A DNA stretch of 64,000 bases, taken from NCBI GenBank assembly GCA_963765675.1, contig CAVXXK010000001.1, positions 1,600,001 through 1,664,000 of the forward strand, written 5' to 3'. This DNA is from an uncultured delta proteobacterium. Lineage in GTDB: Bacteria; Desulfobacterota; Binatia; Binatales; Binataceae. The notes beneath the pieces were generated by a model, which worked only from the letters and a program-made list of their open reading frames with translations, did not search any database and had not been told where the DNA came from. The position numbers were made by a program, and so were the translations under genes. This document shows positions 39,492 through 48,510 of the stretch, in pieces (position 1 is the first letter of the stretch; the number at the start of each line of letters is the position of its first letter).

Positions 39492-39549
39492 CGTCGTTTT
39501 CCCGTGCCACGGCTCGCGAGTGATGGCGAAAGGCCAACGATGGAGGATT

Positions 39550-39587
39550 AAAACAAAAACCCTCTTCCTGCGATAAGGACGAGGGTT
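39550..39587 (-). terminator. Riboswitch expression-platform terminator
   Basis: AACCCTCGTCCT-tatcgc-AGGAAGAGGGTT followed by TTTGTTTT; contains CCTTATC, complementary to the P1 3' strand. Confidence 0.8.
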
Positions 39588-39598
39588 CGACAACTCTC

Positions 39599-39714
39599 GC
39601 CTTATCTTCCAAGAACCTTCAACCGAAGGATCTTGCAGGAGTTAGCACCAACTCCGTGAGGAGCCGGTTGCTGCGGCATCGTCGGGCCAGTCCCTCCGCC
39701 GCTCTCGATAAGGC
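39599..39714 (-). ncRNA. SAM-I (S-box) riboswitch
   Basis: GCCTTATCGAGAGCGGCGGAGGGACTGGCCCGACGATGCCGCAGCAACC...GGTGCTAACTCC...GATAAGGC shows the S-box consensus blocks. TTGACA lies at 39755-39760 upstream. Confidence 0.95.
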
Positions 39715-39965
39715 CGTCAATGGCTCGATCAGAAATATACGACGACGAGATCGCTGTCAAACCCCCGACCACGCGGTCAGGCGGGAATGGGTCCGGCAGA
39801 ACGTCGCGATGTGAGACGCGTAAATAAGCAATCAGACAATTCTTCTCATTTTTGGATTGAAATGCAGGATGTGAATCTTGTAGCCTGCGCCAGCGGTCGG
39901 CAATCAATGTCGTTCCAGTTGGTTCGTGGGGCGAACGACGCGTCGTCACTTAGGAGCAGAGCTAA

Positions 39966-41606
39966 ATGCTGTCGCGCGTTCTGGGGCTTTCGATCCGGGT
40001 AGCGTTCGTGGCCGCACTAGCGGCGTCCATTACAGCCTGCGACCCATGCGGGAGTTGCAAGTCGAAGAAAGTTACGCCAACCCCGACTCCGACCATCGTG
40101 CCGACGCCGACGGTGACACCTAGTCCGACTCCAAGTATCACGCCAACCCCGACCGTAACGCCGACGCCGACTATTAGTCCAACCTCCACGCCGACTCCTA
40201 CGATCACGCCGACACCGACTCCGACTCCCGGTGCCGGCAACGCTTCGTCTCTGATCGGTGTTGACCCGAATCTGGGTGAAGCGTTCGTGCCGATCGCACT
40301 GCCGCCTGACCCCTCGAATTTGGCGCCCGGGAGCAACGCGGTGAAGACCAAGCGCACGCTTGGGGCGACGAGCAATGCCGCGATCCTCGGCCCGAGCATC
40401 GCCGTCATGGATGTCACCGTTGATCCAGATTCCGTAGATCCGTTTATCGCTAGCGCTGAGTTGAGCCATGACGATCCGATCACCGGTATCGCGGTCGATT
40501 CGACCGATGGACTGGTCATTATCGTCAGCGGAGAGTCCGGGTTAGGCGGCTTTGTCGATCTGCTCGATGAGAGCACCAACCAGCTGACTGCGAACTCGCC
40601 GATCTCGATGCCGGCCGGAAGCGAGCCCGGAGAGTTCGGGCAGGTGATCTTTAACTCGACGACGGACCAGGCGCTGATCAGCGTGACATCCAATAGTTCC
40701 TGCGGAACGCCAAATACATGCACCGGATTTTTGCCGTTCACGCCCAGCGCAAGCTCGCCGTCATTCGGGACGCTGATTCCGGCGACCTATCCGCAGAGCT
40801 TCGGCTTCAATGTTGCGTCGCAACAATTGATCGACGTGCCAAGCTCCGAGCCGGGGACGATCAGCGTGGTCGATCTGGCCAAGGGCGAGTGCATCCTTAC
40901 CGACTCGAATCTGACCAATGGCGGTGAGCTGCCGCAGAGCGGAGCGATCGACGCGACCACGGATTTGGCGGTGATCGGCGGCGATACGGTACCCGGGCTG
41001 AACGGCACCACCACGATCGTCAACCTGTTTGGCTCGACGCTGAACGGGACCCCGCCGGCATGCACGGTGGCGGAGGGCGGCACGACGCCGAATTCGCAGC
41101 AAGTCACCGATCTGCAGCCGGGCAATCTGATCTCGGCGGTTAACAGCTTCACGCACTACGCGTTCGTTGCGACCTCCGGCACCGACGCGGTAACCCTGAT
41201 CCAGTTGCCGAACACGACCAATACCCAGTTTCCCGGAATACCGGGATCGCCGCAGCTCACCCAGCTACCCAACGATCCCAACGATTGCCCGTGGGTTACG
41301 CAGGGCTTCCCCAATGGCGTTGCGATCGACGAGACCAACGATTTCGCCTATGTCGTGAACTCAACGGATTGTACGATCAACGGTCAGCCGTCGTTCCTGG
41401 TGCAGATCGATCTCAACGCGTTCGCGGATTTTCCCGACGGAATCGCTACCTTCCTGGGAACGGGACCGTGCGCAAACACCACGACGCCGCTTAACTGCAA
41501 TAACTTCAACGGCGTGGTGTACTTCCCGCTGCCGACCGTTACCGGCGACACCAATGGCTCGGTGAATCATTTGAATGCGGCAGGGAATAGGGGCTCGAAG
41601 AAGTAG
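39966..41606 (+). CDS. Putative lipoprotein with Pro/Thr linker and beta-rich (propeller-like) domain
   Basis: Signal peptide ending ITA-C, a TP repeat, and an acidic Cys-containing domain. Confidence 0.7.
   Translation: MLSRVLGLSIRVAFVAALAASITACDPCGSCKSKKVTPTPTPTIVPTPTVTPSPTPSITPTPTVTPTPTISPTSTPTPTITPTPTPTPGAGNASSLIGVDPNLGEAFVPIALPPDPSNLAPGSNAVKTKRTLGATSNAAILGPSIAVMDVTVDPDSVDPFIASAELSHDDPITGIAVDSTDGLVIIVSGESGLGGFVDLLDESTNQLTANSPISMPAGSEPGEFGQVIFNSTTDQALISVTSNSSCGTPNTCTGFLPFTPSASSPSFGTLIPATYPQSFGFNVASQQLIDVPSSEPGTISVVDLAKGECILTDSNLTNGGELPQSGAIDATTDLAVIGGDTVPGLNGTTTIVNLFGSTLNGTPPACTVAEGGTTPNSQQVTDLQPGNLISAVNSFTHYAFVATSGTDAVTLIQLPNTTNTQFPGIPGSPQLTQLPNDPNDCPWVTQGFPNGVAIDETNDFAYVVNSTDCTINGQPSFLVQIDLNAFADFPDGIATFLGTGPCANTTTPLNCNNFNGVVYFPLPTVTGDTNGSVNHLNAAGNRGSKK
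40071..40229 (+). repeat. Coding (T/S)PTPT(I/V) tandem repeat
   Basis: About 50 aa Pro/Thr tract with degenerate codons. Confidence 0.85.
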
Positions 41607-41627
41607 AAGGCGGGCGCGACAACGCAG

Positions 41628-41673
41628 AAAAAGAAGCGCCGGAGCGAGCGATCGCCCTGGCGCTTTTCATTTT
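41628..41673. terminator. Probable bidirectional terminator
   Basis: AAGCGCCGG..CTGGCGCTT stem flanked by A and T runs, between convergent genes. Confidence 0.6.
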
Positions 41674-41680
41674 GGGAAGA

Positions 41681-42682
41681 CTAGAGCAGCAGTTCCGCGA
41701 TCTGGATTCCGTTGAGCGCGGCGCCCTTGCGCAATTGATCGCCGGTCACCCAGAAATTCAGCGCATTGGCGACGCCTAGATCCTCGCGGATGCGGCCGAC
41801 CATGCAGTCGTCCTGGCCCTCGGCGATAATCGGCATTGGGTAGCGATCGTGCGCGGGGTCATCCACGACCCGCAGTCCCGGAAAGCGCTCGAAGGCAGCG
41901 CGCGCCTGGGCCGCGGTGACCTTCACCTCGGTCTCCGCGTTGACGGCGATCGAATGCGCGGTGAAGACGGGAACGCGCACCGTGGTCGGTGAGATCGCGA
42001 GCTCCGGCAGCCCGAGAATCTTGCGGACCTCGCCGACCAGCTTCATTTCTTCGCCGGTGTAGCCGCCCTCGCCGAATTTGTCGATATGCGGGATCACGTT
42101 GAACGCGATCTGATGCTGGAAGTGGCGCGGTTCGATTTTCTCTCCGCGCGACCACGCCAGGGTTTCCTCGCGCAGCGCGGCGATGCCCTCGACGCCGGCA
42201 CCCGAGACTGCCTGGAAGCTGGTCGCAACGACGCGGCGCAGGCGTCCGGCGTCGTGCAGGGGCTTTAGCGGCATCACGGTGACGATGGTGGTGCAGTTTG
42301 GGCAGGAGAGGATTCCGCGATGCGCTTTCGCGGCGGCGGCGTTGATCTCGGGCACGACCAGCGGAACCTCCGGGTTCATCCGGAACGCGCTCGACTTATC
42401 GATCACGGTCGCGCCAGCCTTCACCGCGATCGGCGCGAACTCGCGCGACTGAGCGGCGCCGGCCGAGAACAGCGCGATATCGATATCGTTGAAGGAACTC
42501 GCTGCGAGCAGCTCGACCGGGATATCGTCGTCGCCGAAGCGGACGGTCTTGCCGACCGATCGGGCCGACGCGAACGCGCGCAGATCGCGCACGGGAAAGT
42601 TGCGCTCCTTGAGAAGCCTGAGCGTGGTCTGGCCGACCGCTCCCGTCGCGCCTACCACCGCAATTCGTTGTCCGCTGGCCAT
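41681..42682 (-). CDS. asd: Aspartate-semialdehyde dehydrogenase
   Basis: GATGAVG, PNCTT, QAVSGAG, RVPVF..HS and DQLRKGAALN motifs. Confidence 0.96.
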   Translation of the reverse strand: MASGQRIAVVGATGAVGQTTLRLLKERNFPVRDLRAFASARSVGKTVRFGDDDIPVELLAASSFNDIDIALFSAGAAQSREFAPIAVKAGATVIDKSSAFRMNPEVPLVVPEINAAAAKAHRGILSCPNCTTIVTVMPLKPLHDAGRLRRVVATSFQAVSGAGVEGIAALREETLAWSRGEKIEPRHFQHQIAFNVIPHIDKFGEGGYTGEEMKLVGEVRKILGLPELAISPTTVRVPVFTAHSIAVNAETEVKVTAAQARAAFERFPGLRVVDDPAHDRYPMPIIAEGQDDCMVGRIREDLGVANALNFWVTGDQLRKGAALNGIQIAELLL

Positions 42683-42722
42683 CTGCTCCACTCTGCCGGA
42701 TGCGCGGCGCCAGGTGCGCCGG

Positions 42723-43751
42723 CTATTTTCGCGCGAGCACTGCCTGATACTGCGCTGGTCCTGGAACCGTAGTGAGTTTGACCTCGCGGAATCCGGCGGC
42801 CTCGAGCATTTTCCGGTATTCAGAAAGGGTATAGGTGTCGCCGTCGCGGGTCCAGATGAGCATCGTCAGCGCGAACGCGAGTGCGAAGCGCTCTTTTTCT
42901 CGCGCCTCGTCGGGCACCATATCGACCACCACCAGCGCTCCGCCGGGAGCAGCCGCGGCATACAGGCGGCGCGAGAGTTCGAGATTCTTCTCGAGCGAAA
43001 AGTGATGATAGATATTCGGCGCGAGAATCAAATCGTAGCCGGAGCCGAGGTCGTCGGAAAAAATGTCGCCCGCGCGGAACTCGACGCGATCGGCAACTCC
43101 GGCCTGCTGCGCATTGGCCTGCGCATGTTTGACCACTCCCGGCCAATCGACGCTGGTCAGGCGCGCGCCCGGAAACCGCTTGAGCGCACCGAACCCGTAG
43201 AAGCCCGAGCCGCACGCGATATCGAGAATTTTCTTCGGCGCGCTGCCGGGGAACATCGTGGCTGCCGTCTCGGCGACCGCGGGCCCCGCAAGCTGCGCCA
43301 TCATCCGTGAGCCGCGTGCGAAGTCCTGCCAGAAGGGATTGTCCTCGGCCTCGGCGGATTGATTTTCGAGCAAGGTATGTCCGGACTTGACGACTTCAGT
43401 CAGGTGCGCGAGCGCGTTCCAGATGAGCGGATTCGCCGTGATCGCCGTCATCCCACCGGCGTATGCTGGCGAGCCTTTTACGAACAGAGCCTGCCCGCCA
43501 GGAGTATTCGCATAGTGCCCGTCGGTCTTCGTGAGCGCGCCGAACGCGACCAGCGCGTCGCACAGAATTCGGGTCGAGCGGACCGGCAGCTTCTTGGCGG
43601 CGGCGATTTTCTCCGGCGTGTCGTCGCCGTGAGCGACATGGGTAAAGACCTCGAGATCGATTCCGGCCTTCAGTGCCGCGGTGCTGGCCGCGCCCTGCAT
43701 AATCGCGAGCAGACTTTGTGGTGAACCGGGAGCGCCGTATTCTTCAGCCAT
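42723..43751 (-). CDS. SAM-dependent methyltransferase with dimerisation domain
   Basis: N-terminal wHTH and LDIACGSG, GDIF and NIYHHF motifs. Confidence 0.9.
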   Translation of the reverse strand: MAEEYGAPGSPQSLLAIMQGAASTAALKAGIDLEVFTHVAHGDDTPEKIAAAKKLPVRSTRILCDALVAFGALTKTDGHYANTPGGQALFVKGSPAYAGGMTAITANPLIWNALAHLTEVVKSGHTLLENQSAEAEDNPFWQDFARGSRMMAQLAGPAVAETAATMFPGSAPKKILDIACGSGFYGFGALKRFPGARLTSVDWPGVVKHAQANAQQAGVADRVEFRAGDIFSDDLGSGYDLILAPNIYHHFSLEKNLELSRRLYAAAAPGGALVVVDMVPDEAREKERFALAFALTMLIWTRDGDTYTLSEYRKMLEAAGFREVKLTTVPGPAQYQAVLARK

Positions 43752-43811
43752 CTTTTTTGATCCTTTTCCGCGCTGTCGTTTGGCGAGTTATACCGCGTGC
43801 GCGCACTCAAG

Positions 43812-44459
43812 TCAGGGGTGTTCGAGGATCCAGCGCTCGACGATTTCATAAACCTTCTCGCCGTGCGCGCTGAAACTGTGGTCGGCACCCGCGATCAGTT
43901 CCAGGCGCTTGGGTTCGCCGGCGCGCTCGAACAGCGCTTCGGACGATTGCTGCGGCAGGATCGCGTCGGCGGTTCCGTGCACCAGCAAGAGCGGGCGCGG
44001 CGCAAGCTCGCCGACCATGTGCGCTCCGCCAAGCTGGCTCGAAATAGCGACGACCGTCGTAACGGCGGGGACGAGAGTGCCCGCGTTGATCGCGATCGCT
44101 CCGCCGAACGAATGCCCGACCGTCGCGACGCGCTGATACTCGACGCCGCGCAGAAACGTCAGCGCCGCCATCGCGTCCACCAGGCATTCGGCGAACTCTC
44201 CGGGCGCGCGATAATCCAGCCGCGCGACCGCAATTCCCTGCTTCGGCAGCGCGAGGCCGAGCCGCGCATATAGATGAGCCGGGCCGTCGAGCCCACCCAT
44301 CGCACCGCTTGCGCAGAGCACCGCTCGCAGCGGCTTGGGGGCGGCATGCAGGAGCATTGGGATGTCGCCGCGGGTGGTGCGGATGACGAGTCGGCGCGCG
44401 CCGGCAATTTCGTCGCCCGGCTCGACGCCCGTAATGCGCAGATTGATGTCATCGCTCAC
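43812..44459 (-). CDS. Alpha/beta hydrolase
   Basis: GHSFGG, VHGTAD and GADH triad motifs. Confidence 0.88.
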   Translation of the reverse strand: MSDDINLRITGVEPGDEIAGARRLVIRTTRGDIPMLLHAAPKPLRAVLCASGAMGGLDGPAHLYARLGLALPKQGIAVARLDYRAPGEFAECLVDAMAALTFLRGVEYQRVATVGHSFGGAIAINAGTLVPAVTTVVAISSQLGGAHMVGELAPRPLLLVHGTADAILPQQSSEALFERAGEPKRLELIAGADHSFSAHGEKVYEIVERWILEHP

Positions 44460-44464
44460 GCGGG

Positions 44465-44743
44465 TCAGCGTCCTGAGCGGTTAGGCGTGTGGTCGAGGCC
44501 GGGGTCGCCGCTCTCGCCCAGCATGCGCATCGCATAGCGAATCATCATCGTGAGCCGCTCGATCCGTTCGAGGATCTCGCGATGCTGTTCGTGCGGCGTC
44601 TCGGGCAGCATCCCGGCGGTGTAGGCAAGGCTCTGTTCGAGCACCTCAATAGCGCGTTCGAGACTCTCGCGCTGCGGAGCGCGCGGGTTGCGATTGCGGC
44701 GCCGCTCGGCCGCAATTTCCGCAAGATTGATAATTTCCGCCAC
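44465..44743 (-). CDS. Hypothetical protein
   Basis: 92 aa, GGA-rich SD, co-oriented 5 bp upstream of the hydrolase. Confidence 0.6.
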   Translation of the reverse strand: MAEIINLAEIAAERRRNRNPRAPQRESLERAIEVLEQSLAYTAGMLPETPHEQHREILERIERLTMMIRYAMRMLGESGDPGLDHTPNRSGR

Positions 44744-44804
44744 GGCAGGATCCCTTCCACAATTATCGTCTATCGAGAATTATTCGTACAGCGGTCGGAC
44801 GAAT

Positions 44805-44988
44805 GGCACAGCATGAAACGCGGGCTCGGAGCATGGACGTCCCGGGATTTCTCCCTTCGGTCGAAATGACGGATGTGGGCTTGGCTGGGACTACGATACT
44901 CATTTGCCCAGTCCGCATTCGTCATTCCGAGCCCTGGGCGAGGAATCCCGGGACGTCCATGCTCCGAGTCCGCGTTTCATGCTGTGCC
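44805..44988. repeat. 184-bp inverted repeat containing a CGTCATTCCGAGC REP pair
   Basis: 44805-44849 versus 44944-44988 is complementary at 44 of 45 positions; inner CGAAATGACG / CGTCATTCCG pair. Confidence 0.85.
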
Positions 44989-45597
44989 TTCTCGGTCGGG
45001 ATTTCGCGCGCGCGGCAGGAACTCGAATCGCGCCAGAGTCTCGTAAACTGCGCCGCCAGCGCCGAGATGACTGCGGTAGAGGCGCATCTCATTGATTCTC
45101 GAGGCTCCGAAATCGCGCTCGGCGACTGCCGCGATCACGCGTGCCGCGGTCTTCGCGCCGTTGGGACCGCGTACCCGTCCGAGCGTCAGGTGCGGCGACC
45201 ATCGACGCTTCTCGGACGCAAATCCGCTCTCCGATGCGGCCTCGTCAACGCGGCGGGCAAGATGCGCGAGCGCCTCGCTTTCGAGGCCGGCCCAAATGAC
45301 GCGCGGGCGGTGCAGATTGGGAAAGACGCCGGTTCCTCGCGTGCGGATCTCAAACGCGGCGGTTGCCGATGCGACGCGGGCGAGTGCGTCACTTAGCGGC
45401 GCAAGTCTTTCGAAATCGACGGCGGCGCCGAGGAACTTCAAAGTCGCGTGCAGCTTATCGGGCGTTGTCCATCCGATTCCGTCTCCGCGGGTACGCGCGT
45501 GTGCGATGAAGCTCGCGATGGATTCTTCGACCTGCGCATTCATCCGCACCGCGACGAATGCCCGCAGGGTCGGCGGGCCTACTTGTCGAGCTCCCAT
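44977..45597 (-). CDS. thpR: RNA 2',3'-cyclic phosphodiesterase
   Basis: RAFVAV, HATLKFLG and PHLTLGR (two HxT motifs); start uncertain. Confidence 0.88.
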   Translation of the reverse strand: MGARQVGPPTLRAFVAVRMNAQVEESIASFIAHARTRGDGIGWTTPDKLHATLKFLGAAVDFERLAPLSDALARVASATAAFEIRTRGTGVFPNLHRPRVIWAGLESEALAHLARRVDEAASESGFASEKRRWSPHLTLGRVRGPNGAKTAARVIAAVAERDFGASRINEMRLYRSHLGAGGAVYETLARFEFLPRARNPDREGTA

Positions 45598-46178
45598 TCG
45601 ACCAGTTGCAGGCGATCGTTGCCGAAGAACATCGCGCCGTTGACGAATATGGTCGGCGAGCCGAAACCTCCGCGCGCGATCAGCTCGTCGGTATTGGCGC
45701 GCAGTTTTTCTTTGTACGCCGCCGCCGCGATCTTTTCGAAATATTCTTTTTCGTCGAGTCCGACTTCGCGCACGATTCACTTCAGCACGTCGTCCTGGCT
45801 GATGTCGTGATTGTCGCCCCAATAATCCTCAAACACGCGGCGTGAATACTGCGAGATCTTTCCATGCTCGAGCGCGACGAATGCCCCGCGCATCGCCTTT
45901 ACCGAGTTCACCGGGAACACGGTCGGGCTTCCTATTTTGATCCCATAAAAGTGCGCCCAATCCTGCAGATCCTTCGCGTAGTAGCGTGCCTTGGGTTTGA
46001 CCGGATTGGTCCGCGTCTCATAAACCGACGGATTCACCGTATTGAAAACTCCGCCGACCAGAAACGGACGCCATACCAGGTCGGCACGATGCCGCGCGGC
46101 GACGCCTTCGATCTTGGTGAACGCGAGATAGGTCCATGGGCTGGAGCAGTCATAAAAAAATTCGAGCTTTTTGGGCAT
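45579..46178 (-). pseudogene. 2-hydroxychromene-2-carboxylate isomerase / DsbA-like protein with an in-frame TGA
   Basis: FFYDCSSPWTYL...DVLK*IVREVG...GFGSPTIFV..FGNDRL; the stop at 45777-45779 is in frame. Confidence 0.82.
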
Positions 46179-46257
46179 CAGCGGACCTCCGGAAACTTCC
46201 TGCGATGCCGCGAGAATAGAGTAGTTCGGCGCGGAAGTTCCAGCGCGCCGCGCGCGG

Positions 46258-47166
46258 CTATTGGGCGACGGCGGTCGAGCCATCCACCTCGACCAGGTCG
46301 GCGGTGACTTGCCCGATGAATGCCGCGGCCTGCATCCTGAGCGGCAGCCGGCGATGGTCGGCGCTGACCCAGATGGTGGTCGTCGTGGCCTGATGCTTGT
46401 AGTTGCCGTTGCTCAGGTAGAGCACGCCCGGCGTGATCTTGAGCGCGGGAAATACGCCGAGAGGAGTGCGGATAAGCTCGCGATCATCGACGTGAAAGCT
46501 GAAGACATAGCGGGTGGTGCCGCTGAAGACGTCGTATTCGTAGTTCGCGCCCGGATCGAGGCTCTGCGTCAGCGCCATCATCGCACCGGAAATAGGACCC
46601 CACGGATCGGTCGAGATGAATTCGCGGGTCGTGATTCCGCGCGGATTTTTCTTCTCGGCGGTGACCAGATTTTTGGCGCGATCGAAGCCGATCGTGTATT
46701 CATCGAAGCGCTTGTTCTCGGATTGGCGCTGATAGACTCCGCTGGTGGCGAGAGAGCCGGTCGCGAAACTCTCCTTCATGTAGTCGCGCATCTTGAACAG
46801 CACATCGACGATCGGCGTGGTCTCGATCCACGCCTCGGCCTTCCACAGCGACGGATCCTTCTTGTCGCGATGGAGCTCAAAGCGCGCGCGGGCGGCAGGT
46901 ATTCCGATCCACGAGGCCTGATAAACCAGCTTCTCGCCGTCGTGGAACGGGATCGGTCCTGCACTATACGCAGGCACCTTGATATCCGCAGGCAGCACTT
47001 CCGGCGTTGGCGAGACGGAAGGCCGCCGCGGATGGCGGCGGGGATGGGCTGGGTCGGGCGACGCTGCGCTACCCGCGCCTACAAGAATCAGCGCGCAAAA
47101 TGCTATCGCAAGCAAAGCCGCGCCACGCCTGTATAATCCACGCTTGGGCGATTCAACTCGACTCAC
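46258..47166 (-). CDS. DUF3108-like secreted protein
   Basis: Signal/TM segment and PF..GEKLVY..SW.GI, TPLGVF and IWVSAD.RRLPLR motifs. Confidence 0.75.
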   Translation of the reverse strand: MSRVESPKRGLYRRGAALLAIAFCALILVGAGSAASPDPAHPRRHPRRPSVSPTPEVLPADIKVPAYSAGPIPFHDGEKLVYQASWIGIPAARARFELHRDKKDPSLWKAEAWIETTPIVDVLFKMRDYMKESFATGSLATSGVYQRQSENKRFDEYTIGFDRAKNLVTAEKKNPRGITTREFISTDPWGPISGAMMALTQSLDPGANYEYDVFSGTTRYVFSFHVDDRELIRTPLGVFPALKITPGVLYLSNGNYKHQATTTTIWVSADHRRLPLRMQAAAFIGQVTADLVEVDGSTAVAQ

Positions 47167-47242
47167 GCTTCCCGCCTTACCACTTGCTTGCATTCGCGAA
47201 CATGATACCTGATAATTTTGAACTATTCGGGAGGATCGTGAA

Positions 47243-48040
47243 ATGTCGAAGAGCCGATTTGTAGCCGCGGCAGCCATCCTCTTCGCCGCGCTCGCGCTTC
47301 CCCATATCGCCTGCGCCCAGGATGAGTACGGCGGTGAGGGATTGGGCAGTGCGACCAGCAGCAATCCGATGATGCATCAGGGCGTCACGAAGGCCGGCGT
47401 TGACGACGTCGCAAATCGTGCGCAGAAGGAATCCGCGTTCAAAATTATCAAGGACGTGAAGCTCGGCTTGAAGGATGCCGACCCCAACGTCCGCGTCAGC
47501 GAGCTCAACAAACTGCGCAACCTCGACGATCCTGAAGTCAACCGCATCCTGGTCCAAAGCATGAGCGACCCGGACATCCGGGTGAAGATGAAGGCGATCG
47601 ACCTCCTTGGCGCGCGCGAGGCCAACGATTCGGTCGAGCCGATGGCGCAATTGCTGTTCCTGCGGCAGACGGAACCCGCCGTCAAGCTGCACGCAGTCGC
47701 AGCGCTGGGCAGAATCGGTGACGCGAAGGGCGCGTTGCCGGTCATGCAGTATATGCAAGAGGAGAACGACGATCGCGCTCGCGGTACCGCGGTGTTCGCG
47801 CTCGGCGAAATCGGCAGCGACAAGGCCTCGCCGATACTGATCAAGGCAGCGGACGAGGACAAGAGCCCGATGGTGCGGCGGCTGGCGAAGGAAGCGCTCG
47901 AGAAGATCGATGGAGAGCTGCCGACCCAGCACAGCACGCAGGTCGCATCCGGCAAGAACGACAGCGAGTCCACGCCGACCGATCAGAAGCTCGCCAAGCT
48001 GCGCGACTACGATCAGAAACTGCAGGACGAGGAGCGATAA
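47243..48040 (+). CDS. Secreted HEAT-repeat protein
   Basis: Signal peptide; repeated D..VR..A..ALG.IG units. Confidence 0.85.
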   Translation: MSKSRFVAAAAILFAALALPHIACAQDEYGGEGLGSATSSNPMMHQGVTKAGVDDVANRAQKESAFKIIKDVKLGLKDADPNVRVSELNKLRNLDDPEVNRILVQSMSDPDIRVKMKAIDLLGAREANDSVEPMAQLLFLRQTEPAVKLHAVAALGRIGDAKGALPVMQYMQEENDDRARGTAVFALGEIGSDKASPILIKAADEDKSPMVRRLAKEALEKIDGELPTQHSTQVASGKNDSESTPTDQKLAKLRDYDQKLQDEER

Positions 48041-48075
48041 TCGGCGCTGAGCGCGGAGAAACAGTTGATCAGATG

Positions 48076-48113
48076 ACGGGCCGCGCGGACTAATCCGGCG
48101 GCCCGTTTGTTTT
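48076..48113 (+). terminator. Intrinsic terminator
   Basis: ACGGGCCGC..GCGGCCCGT followed by TTGTTTT. Confidence 0.65.
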
Positions 48114-48141
48114 CGGCCATAAACGATTCGAGAGGGACCAG

Positions 48142-48501
48142 ATGATGACGTACAAAGGCGGATGCCATTGCGGACAAGTACGATTCGAGGTCGAGGGCGA
48201 GCTTGCGAGAGTCTCAGACTGCGATTGTTCAATCTGCTCGAAGGCGGCGTTTCTGCACTGGCGGATCGAACCCGAGCAACTGAAGCTCCTCACGCCGTGG
48301 GAAAATCTGGCGAACTACAAGTGGAACACCGGCCGCGCGAGCCATTACTTCTGCAAGCATTGCGGAGTCGCGGTGCTGCGTCATCCGCGTGGCGCGCCGG
48401 AGAAGTATTCGGTCAACGCGCGATGCGTCGACGGGTTCGAGATCTCGGCGGTCAGGATCGAACATATCGACGGCAAAAATCTGTCGCTCACCGTCGAGTA
48501 A
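48142..48501 (+). CDS. GFA/CENP-V family protein
   Basis: GGCHCG, CDCSIC, FCKHCG and VNARC motifs. Confidence 0.92.
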   Translation: MMTYKGGCHCGQVRFEVEGELARVSDCDCSICSKAAFLHWRIEPEQLKLLTPWENLANYKWNTGRASHYFCKHCGVAVLRHPRGAPEKYSVNARCVDGFEISAVRIEHIDGKNLSLTVE

Positions 48502-48510
48502 TCTGCATCG

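Noticed and set aside
39492-39949. ThiF N-terminal extension and 115-aa ORF
   Set aside because: They overlap the SAM-I riboswitch and its terminator.
40071-40229. Possible CRISPR or tandem DNA array
   Set aside because: Degenerate coding Pro/Thr repeat with no spacers or cas genes.
45740-45779. Selenocysteine recoding
   Set aside because: Not a Cys-equivalent position and no convincing SECIS hairpin.
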